Virus record (IMG/VR): IMGVR_UViG_3300030399_000027
Direction: 5' to 3' (one strand)
Source of the DNA: a virus
DNA: 47,825 nucleotides
Under the pieces are notes generated by a model. It was not told the DNA's origin. It was given only the letters and a program-made list of their open reading frames with translations, and searched no databases. Numbering within the stretch: the first letter of the stretch is position 1; the number at the start of each line of letters is the position of its first letter. The position numbers were made by a program, and so were the translations under genes. Shown here one piece after another: positions 41,896-47,247 of the stretch.

Positions 41896-42552
41896 TTAGG
41901 CCGGGGTGGTGAGGCTGTAGTAATCCGCGATTGCTGCATCGACGGCGGCCAGATCGTTGGGGATCATGTCGGCATCGAACAAGCCCATAGGGCTCTTTAC
42001 TGTGGTGCGTCCGTTGTTCTGCGTCACGAACAGGTGTTCGCGGTCGATCACTTCGGTTTGCAAAACGATGGAAACCATGCCTTCGAGACAAATCTTGTCG
42101 TCAAGCATCTTGCCAATCGTTTTCATCTTGGACTTGCCCGCGTCCGTTTCTTCCGTGTGCGACATGATGTAGACGCGCACGTCACGCGGTAGCTCTGTTG
42201 CGGCGTTGAGAATGTCCCAGGCGTGGCGGCCGATGTCGTTGAACTTGTCGTAGCCCTTTTCATCGTTCCGGCGCATGAACTCGTTGCCCATGATGTATTG
42301 GAAGTCATCCAAAACTATTATCTTCCGGCGCGTGCGCTGCATAGCCGATATTATGTAATCCGCCTTGTCCGACACGAGCATATTGCCCTTCGGGTTTTCG
42401 CTGGACAGGTAGTCCCAACCCAACGGCTTGCCCTTGAACGGGAGCGACTTTCTAAGCGCCTGTATCAAAAGGGTCTCCGCTGGCGCAAGATTGCGCATAG
42501 CGGTGGACTTTCCTGTCCCGGACACGCCAAGGATAAAAGTTACGGTTGCCAT
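41896..42552 (-). CDS. Sak4-like / AAA_24-type RecA-fold ATPase (recombination)
   Basis: N-terminal Walker A GVSGTGKST, Walker B IIVLDD, about 218 aa. Paired with the SSB-like gene. Confidence 0.7.
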   Translation of the reverse strand: MATVTFILGVSGTGKSTAMRNLAPAETLLIQALRKSLPFKGKPLGWDYLSSENPKGNMLVSDKADYIISAMQRTRRKIIVLDDFQYIMGNEFMRRNDEKGYDKFNDIGRHAWDILNAATELPRDVRVYIMSHTEETDAGKSKMKTIGKMLDDKICLEGMVSIVLQTEVIDREHLFVTQNNGRTTVKSPMGLFDADMIPNDLAAVDAAIADYYSLTTPA

Positions 42553-42668
42553 GATTTGCCTTTTCGGTAGCTGTTTCGGATTGTTCGCGCTGTTCGTCGT
42601 TCTCGATCTGTTGCTGCCCGCTGTCGTCGTCTTGCATTTCTGCCGCCTGTTTGCGATAACGTGATGAG

Positions 42669-42698
42669 ATCATATCGAAACGATAGTAATTGCGTCAA
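42669..42698 (-). promoter_or_regulatory. sigma70-like promoter with an embedded operator, plus a second operator copy at 42707-42725
   Basis: - strand reads TTGACG-N18-TATGAT. Half sites 42670-42676 and 42682-42688. The upstream copy is TACTACC-gttta-GGTATTT, with centres 37 bp apart. Confidence 0.6.
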
Positions 42699-42724
42699 GA
42701 ACTATTTACTACCGTTTAGGTATT

Positions 42725-43243
42725 TTATCTCGGCAACCATCCATGAGACTTGTAGGTCGCGTGGAGCTTGGCCGTTGCGGACTTCCCAAGGGCGAGCGCT
42801 GCTTTCTGAACCTTGACGCCCAAGCGGACGGTTACAGTCTTCGAAATGTTGTTCGCCTTCGCAATGTCGCCAAAGCTTGGGCAATACGTTTCTCCGATCA
42901 TGAATTCCCGGTCGATGACTGCGGCGAGCAATGTCGCGTTGGCGTGAAGGTGCGAGAACGCTGCGCAAAGTGTGTCCAGCGCCCCGCGCTTCGCTTCTCC
43001 TGCCCCGTCATAAGTCGCCGTGCACCAAGCCATTTGCGCGGCGCTCAATGCGTCTTGCGTGGCCTTCATTATCCAAACCGCTTGCGCTACCTGATCCAGA
43101 CGCGAAAGCTTCCCCTTCTTTTCGGTAGCGTTCGCCGTGGGCTCGTCGTATGACGGGCACTTGATTCCCTCTGCTACTGCGAGATTTTCGAACGAGAACG
43201 ACAGACCGCTATGTACTGAGCCGAAGATACATATTCTTTGCAT
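42725..43243 (-). CDS. hypothetical protein, 172 aa
   Basis: Track ORF. No confident family assignment. Confidence 0.6.
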   Translation of the reverse strand: MQRICIFGSVHSGLSFSFENLAVAEGIKCPSYDEPTANATEKKGKLSRLDQVAQAVWIMKATQDALSAAQMAWCTATYDGAGEAKRGALDTLCAAFSHLHANATLLAAVIDREFMIGETYCPSFGDIAKANNISKTVTVRLGVKVQKAALALGKSATAKLHATYKSHGWLPR

Positions 43244-43398
43244 CGCTTTATCATCCTTTTATTTTTTGCGCAGATAGCGCCGTCAAAGACCGGTGTTGCC
43301 CCTAATGACCACACGCAACCCTTGCAGGTTCGCTCCTCGCGCTCAATCAAAATGTCCAATGGATCGCGGCAATAGTCGCTGCGTCGAAGTTCATCCAT
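43174..43398 (-). CDS. hypothetical Cys-containing protein, 74 aa
   Basis: Track ORF 43174..43470 trimmed to ATG 43398 (ATGGATGA overlap with the HNH stop). Its 3' end overlaps the next gene by 70 nt. Confidence 0.35.
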   Translation of the reverse strand: MDELRRSDYCRDPLDILIEREERTCKGCVWSLGATPVFDGAICAKNKRMIKRCKEYVSSAQYIAVCRSRSKISQ

Positions 43399-43861
43399 AG
43401 TTGGCAAACTCACCGTGGTACTTGTCGGCGGCCGTTTTGTATGCCTCATGAGCCTCGCGGGGAGTGTCAAACAACCCTAGGCTTATGGTTTTTTTGTTGG
43501 CTCGTATTCTGGCTTGCCACCTGAGTGCCTGCCTATGCCACGTAACCCCCTTGTACCCTGACGTATTGTTTTTCTGCGCGGGTCTGTTCCACATATTTTG
43601 TGTGTGAGTCGCGATGCGAAGGTTATAACGCTGGTTGTTGCCGCGAATCATATCCACGTGATCGATTCGCCTAGGGTCGCCCTGCTCAAGGCCCATGATG
43701 ACGCGATGCATTGGGATAGTTGATCGCTCGCCCGTCGCGTGGTCTACATATTCTCGAACGGCGTAGCCGTCATCAGCAGCCCATTCGAATGAATTTATCC
43801 ATTCGTAATCCGCGTCATCGACTAGGGCGAAATATCCTTTTGTTAGCGGGATTATCTTCAT
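43391..43861 (-). CDS. HNH homing endonuclease with an AP2 DNA-binding domain
   Basis: HR...G......IDHVD....NNQ..NLR......N (HNH_3-like), followed by SGYKGVTWH...RWQARI...K...LG.F.T..EA..AY (AP2). Confidence 0.8.
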   Translation of the reverse strand: MKIIPLTKGYFALVDDADYEWINSFEWAADDGYAVREYVDHATGERSTIPMHRVIMGLEQGDPRRIDHVDMIRGNNQRYNLRIATHTQNMWNRPAQKNNTSGYKGVTWHRQALRWQARIRANKKTISLGLFDTPREAHEAYKTAADKYHGEFANYG

Positions 43862-44139
43862 TGGAGGAATAGATCGGGAGCAGCCTTGATTGTCTGGACC
43901 GTGCGGCCGGTGATGGAATCCTTGATCGGATCGCCACGCACCGCCAAGCCCTCGGCTAGTAGCTCGTCAATGCGCGCACAGACTGAGCCAACCATCAGGT
44001 CAAGATTGCGGGATAACTGAGCACGGCTGAACGATGATTGCCGCATGTCACGCAGGAAGTTGAGTATTGCGATTTGCTGGCGCTGCTTCAAACCACTCGC
44101 GCGCGTTTCTATCAAAGACTCGGCTTTGGTTGATAACAT
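43858..44139 (-). CDS. winged-helix (MarR-like) DNA-binding protein, 93 aa
   Basis: Track ORF trimmed to ATG 44139 (TAATG coupling to the DnaC-like gene). Confidence 0.5.
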   Translation of the reverse strand: MLSTKAESLIETRASGLKQRQQIAILNFLRDMRQSSFSRAQLSRNLDLMVGSVCARIDELLAEGLAVRGDPIKDSITGRTVQTIKAAPDLFLQ

Positions 44140-44909
44140 TACACTTCCCCTATGCTGCGCGCATTGGCGCGGTAACTTTCCCAATCGAAGATGACCACTG
44201 ACGCGCGCTCGCGCAGACGGTCGGCTATACGGTCGCCAAGGTATTCAGAGAGAGCCCCCTTATCGAGGTTGGAAATAATGATCGTCGGTCGCGCATTGCG
44301 ATAACGCCGGTCGATAACGTTTGTCAGGTGGCCGCGCACGTCATCGGTAGCGCCCTGGATGCCGATTTCATCCAGCACCAAGAGGTCGATAGCGCCGTAT
44401 GCGTCCATCATGGCCGTGGTGCTCGTCTCCGCGTCACGGCGCATGCAGTCTCGCATGCGGGTAACGAGGTCGTATGCGGTCTCGTACATGACAGAGTGAC
44501 CGAACGCCATTGCGTGGTGAGCAATGGCAACTGCCAAATGCGTTTTTCCTGTCCCGATGCCTCCAATGAAAGTAAGCGACGCGCCAGTCTTCAGGTGCGA
44601 GCGGAACCCGTCTGCGAACCGCTGAGCCTTCACAAGCGCCGTTTGCATCACTGGCGTATCGGCCCGGTAGCTGTCGAACGTCCGGTTAGCAAATCCTCGC
44701 GGGATGCCCGACTGCGCAAACCGCTTCTCGATGCGCGCCTGCCGCTCTGCCGCTTCCTTAGCCGCGTTCGTCACTGCCAGCGCATCGGCTTCAGCGCGAG
44801 CGCACAGCAAGCAATGCTCGCCCTTCACGACAACCGCGCCGCGAAACATGATCGGCTTGGCCTCGTAATCGCCATGCGTCGGGCAGTTAAGAATCTTGGT
44901 GTCGGTCAT
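44139..44909 (-). CDS. DnaC/IstB-like AAA+ helicase loader
   Basis: FIGGIGTGKTHLAVAIA (Walker A), LLVLDEIG (Walker B). N-terminal CPTHG...CLLC zinc ribbon. Confidence 0.85.
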   Translation of the reverse strand: MTDTKILNCPTHGDYEAKPIMFRGAVVVKGEHCLLCARAEADALAVTNAAKEAAERQARIEKRFAQSGIPRGFANRTFDSYRADTPVMQTALVKAQRFADGFRSHLKTGASLTFIGGIGTGKTHLAVAIAHHAMAFGHSVMYETAYDLVTRMRDCMRRDAETSTTAMMDAYGAIDLLVLDEIGIQGATDDVRGHLTNVIDRRYRNARPTIIISNLDKGALSEYLGDRIADRLRERASVVIFDWESYRANARSIGEV

Positions 44910-44921
44910 TTTTCGCAGTGC

Positions 44922-45701
44922 TTAAAAAGGAATGTCGCCGGATTGATTGCTTCCGTAGTTCATCGATTTTAGATCATATGCTCTAGACTGTCCAACCATT
45001 TTGGTAGTATTTGATTTCGAGCGAGTGGGGGCATACAAGCCTTGATAACCTCCTGCTATCGAGTGGTCGATGACTTCAAGCGGCTCGTATCCTTCCTCGC
45101 GGTACGCAACCAGCTTTGTAAGGCATTGTTCAACAGAAAGACCCGTCATCGTCTTTCCGATCTGCTTGCGGTGCTGGACCCACTTCTCCCAAACTTCAAC
45201 GGCGAGCCATTCAGGAAGAATCGCTTGCACGTCCGACATCCGAGCGGCCCGCTTAGTCTTCTTTAAAGCTTTTACAGTCTTAGTTTCTAAGTCAGTATTA
45301 ACTAGTGGCGGAATTTCCCGATCTGGGTTTTCCCTGTTTGGGAAATTCCCGTTCTGCTGATCTGATAGCAAATCGGGATTTTCCCGTTCTGCTGATTCTT
45401 CCTCTTGGCGCTCGTCGTAGACCATGTAGTCAAGCGTTCCGTCGCGGTGCTTGTGCTTGGTCATGTACCCCGCGTTCAGCAGTTCCTTGATGATTGAGTA
45501 GACGCCATCCTTGCCAACGTTCTTGGGCGTGGCCGGGAGGGTGAAATTTACAAGTGCCTCAACGCACACGCGCCATTCGTCGGGCTTGGCGAGCAGGAAC
45601 ACGAGCATTCCTTTCGCCGCCCATGAAATGCCCGGATCATTGGCGAGCGAGTTTTCCAGCATGTAGAACCCACGTGACTTTTGCTTTGAACGAACGATCA
45701 T
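44922..45701 (-). CDS. replication initiator (lambda O-like role: N-terminal winged helix, internal iterons, C-terminal DnaD-like region)
   Basis: Sits upstream of the loader gene. Iterons lie inside the gene. Ends ...SGDIPF. Confidence 0.7.
   Translation of the reverse strand: MIVRSKQKSRGFYMLENSLANDPGISWAAKGMLVFLLAKPDEWRVCVEALVNFTLPATPKNVGKDGVYSIIKELLNAGYMTKHKHRDGTLDYMVYDERQEEESAERENPDLLSDQQNGNFPNRENPDREIPPLVNTDLETKTVKALKKTKRAARMSDVQAILPEWLAVEVWEKWVQHRKQIGKTMTGLSVEQCLTKLVAYREEGYEPLEVIDHSIAGGYQGLYAPTRSKSNTTKMVGQSRAYDLKSMNYGSNQSGDIPF
45003..45009 (-). promoter_or_regulatory. TACTACC box inside the initiator gene, 3 nt upstream of an in-frame ATG (44999)
   Basis: - strand reads AAATACTACC-aaa-ATG-GTTGG. 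Confidence 0.3.
45309..45395. repeat. Iteron-like direct repeats (candidate ori) inside the initiator gene
   Basis: Four copies of GGRWWTTCCCGWTCTG-like units: 45309-45324, 45325-45340, 45341-45360, 45375-45395. Confidence 0.6.
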
Positions 45702-45955
45702 GCGGATTTCTCCGCTATCTTCGGCGCATTGGCCTCCATAAGCTCGGTTACGCCCAGGTTGTGCCCGGTCATTTCGAGCGCTGCGGCCGACAGTTCCTTA
45801 GCCAGATCGTAGCCAGGACGCTTCCGGCCGTGCTTGATGTGCTCGAAGTAGGAGAATTTCGTTCCGGCCCTCTCGCACACCTTGGTTACAATTTCCGTTC
45901 CGACTGCGTGCCAGAACTCCATTGCGCTGATCGCTTTCTTTTGCTTGGTAGCCAT
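45698..45955 (-). CDS. Cro/YdaS-like HTH regulator
   Basis: 85 aa. First gene of the leftward replication operon, divergent from the CI-like gene. GAGGAG SD. Confidence 0.65.
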   Translation of the reverse strand: MATKQKKAISAMEFWHAVGTEIVTKVCERAGTKFSYFEHIKHGRKRPGYDLAKELSAAALEMTGHNLGVTELMEANAPKIAEKSA

Positions 45956-46111
45956 AAACTCCTCGTTTAGTTACGAAATACCACCATTATGGTAGTCTAC
46001 TTTCGCGGACAAAAGCAAGCGCGGAACGGACGCGCCGCTTTGTTGCGTGGCTTATTCGTATCTTTATGGTATGGTTCTATTTATCGAATAACTACCAACG
46101 AAGGCAGCGTC
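45956..46111. promoter_or_regulatory. Divergent immunity (switch) region between the Cro-like and CI-like genes
   Basis: Contains TACCACC-attat-GGTAGTC (45979-45997) and AACTACC (46090-46096). A candidate leftward promoter is TTGTCC-N17-TAATGG. Confidence 0.55.
46090..46096 (+). promoter_or_regulatory. Orientation-locked (A)ACTACC box, 15 nt upstream of ATG 46112
   Basis: + strand reads AACTACC-aacga-AGGCAGC-gtc-ATG. Confidence 0.35.
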
Positions 46112-46489
46112 ATGGACGTTTACCATATCCGCTTCAAAAACTATCAATTTCTATTTGACAGGTTCAAGGAATCCGTTTGGCGAGAGTGGCCTGGCGAGCC
46201 CGAACACGGAATGTTGCGCCGGTTCGGAACTCGCCTGGACATCAGCGAAGCCTACATGTCTCACCTGAACACGCAGTACAAGCCTATCGGCACGCGCATG
46301 GCCCGTAAGATCGAAGCTGCGCTAAAGCTACCGGCCGGGTGGATGGATCAGGATCACGACAACGGAGCGCCACGCACGCCCGACGAAGCAGACTTCGTGA
46401 AAGCGGCCGTCGAGCTATATCGTCAAAGTCCGAACGAAGCGCAAGCCGCACTAATTCAAGCACTTACGAAAAAGATGCTGGATAGCTAG
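46112..46489 (+). CDS. CI-like HTH repressor, 125 aa, with no recognisable S24 autocleavage domain
   Basis: Track ORF trimmed to ATG 46112. HTH-like ...RRFGTRLDISEAYMSHLNTQYKPIGTRMARKIEAAL.LP.GWMD. Divergent from the cro-like gene. Confidence 0.65.
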   Translation: MDVYHIRFKNYQFLFDRFKESVWREWPGEPEHGMLRRFGTRLDISEAYMSHLNTQYKPIGTRMARKIEAALKLPAGWMDQDHDNGAPRTPDEADFVKAAVELYRQSPNEAQAALIQALTKKMLDS

Positions 46490-46555
46490 CACAATTGTCC
46501 ATGTTTTGATCTGTCGAATATAGGGAATAATACCCGTAACATCTAGTTACCCATT

Positions 46556-46575
46556 TACTACCAATTAGGTATAAT
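46556..46575 (+). promoter_or_regulatory. Promoter with a consensus -10 embedded in the palindrome motif
   Basis: TACTACC-aatta-GGTATAAT, with TATAAT at 46570-46575. A weak -35 GTTACC lies 18 nt upstream. Confidence 0.5.
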
Positions 46576-46587
46576 TGATGCACGTCT

Positions 46588-46803
46588 ATGAGGGGCGCTA
46601 AATTTACCGGAGCGGGAACGATGGACTGCAATACGGCCGTAATAATAAGAATTGAAACAACCAACATTGATGCTATGCGCCGAGATAGCTCAAGGAAGCC
46701 GGATGTACTGAGCGAGGCTGATTTCGTGTATGCGCTGTCGATGCTTTCATCGGTAGAACGAGAAGTGTTGTTAAAAAGCATCAGTAAAACGGTAGTAAAT
46801 TAA
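46588..46803 (+). CDS. hypothetical protein, 71 aa (alternative start ATG 46621)
   Basis: Track ORF downstream of the TATAAT promoter. No domain recognised. Confidence 0.45.
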   Translation: MRGAKFTGAGTMDCNTAVIIRIETTNIDAMRRDSSRKPDVLSEADFVYALSMLSSVEREVLLKSISKTVVN

Positions 46804-46818
46804 ACTACCAAAAAGCGC

Positions 46819-46847
46819 TAGACACGAGGCGGACCGATATATACAAT
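46819..46847 (+). promoter_or_regulatory. sigma70-like promoter upstream of the tRNA region
   Basis: TAGACA-N17-TACAAT. Preceded by the everted motif GGTAGTA-aatta-AACTACC (46791-46809). Confidence 0.5.
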
Positions 46848-46888
46848 TCTGTCTATGGTGGCAATTTGTGCGACCAAAACGATATTCG

Positions 46889-46920
46889 AAGGGCGGAAAC
46901 CGAAAGGTTCATCCGCCCTT
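46889..46920 (+). terminator. 9-bp hairpin in the tRNA leader (leader structure or short-RNA terminator)
   Basis: AAGGGCGGAaaccgaaaggttcaTCCGCCCTT followed by CTTGCATTTG. Confidence 0.35.
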
Positions 46921-46929
46921 CTTGCATTT

Positions 46930-47004
46930 GCGGGATTGGCCGACAAGGTAAGGCGGTGGGCTTGCAACCCATCCATGCGCGTTCGATTCGCGCATCTCGC
47001 TCCA
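46930..47004 (+). tRNA. tRNA, 75 nt with encoded CCA. Anticodon UGC (Ala) by canonical loop numbering, but with non-Ala identity features
   Basis: Hand-folded cloverleaf. 7-bp acceptor GCGGGAT/ATCTCGC. T arm GCGCG-TTCGATT-CGCGC. Anticodon arm GTGGG-CTTGCAA-CCCAT. G18G19 present. Confidence 0.75.
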
Positions 47005-47009
47005 AGTTT

Positions 47010-47109
47010 CGCTTGTAGCTCAATGGTAGAGCGCTCCTATTGTGGAGAGTCCGGGTAACCAAACCTGGAAGTGGGCACACTTATCCGGGTTCGAATCCCG
47101 GCGCGGCGA
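47010..47109 (+). other. Defective or atypical tRNA-like element: canonical D arm and T arm, but no acceptor pairing and about 35 extra nt
   Basis: TAGCTCAATGGTAGAGC D arm (47016-47032). CCGGG-TTCGAAT-CCCGG T arm (47085-47101). The 5' TCGCTTG and 3' CGCGGCG do not pair. 6-nt anticodon-like loop. Confidence 0.35.
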
Positions 47110-47164
47110 ATTAGAAAAAGTCCAGCGAACCACTGGCGGACCTGATCGGACCTACACCCGATCC

Positions 47165-47247
47165 CCTTTGGGCTTACTGTTGCTCCCCGGTCGCTCCCCG
47201 GTCTGGCGTTCGCCACGACACAAGCGACGCGACAGTAAGCCCAAAGG
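47165..47247. repeat. Long inverted repeat / hairpin (16-bp perfect arms, about 51-nt loop containing tandem GCTCCCCGGTC x2)
   Basis: CCTTTGGGCTTACTGT (47165-47180) and ACAGTAAGCCCAAAGG (47232-47247). Confidence 0.8.

Noticed and set aside
42452-42673. 73-aa acidic ORF upstream of, and overlapping, the Sak4-like gene by 100 nt.
   Set aside because: Its ATG lies inside the -10 (TATGAT) of promoter 42669-42698, so it would not be on that transcript. The overlapping part looks like out-of-frame sequence. The region is more likely a 112-nt 5' UTR.
47085-47109. The isolated tRNA 3' end (T arm plus acceptor strand) as the attP core.
   Set aside because: It lies about 13 kb from the integrase gene. 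A repeat-flanked AT-rich region directly abuts int (33489-33748) and is the more conventional attP location. It is retained as an alternative in the tRNA-like finding.
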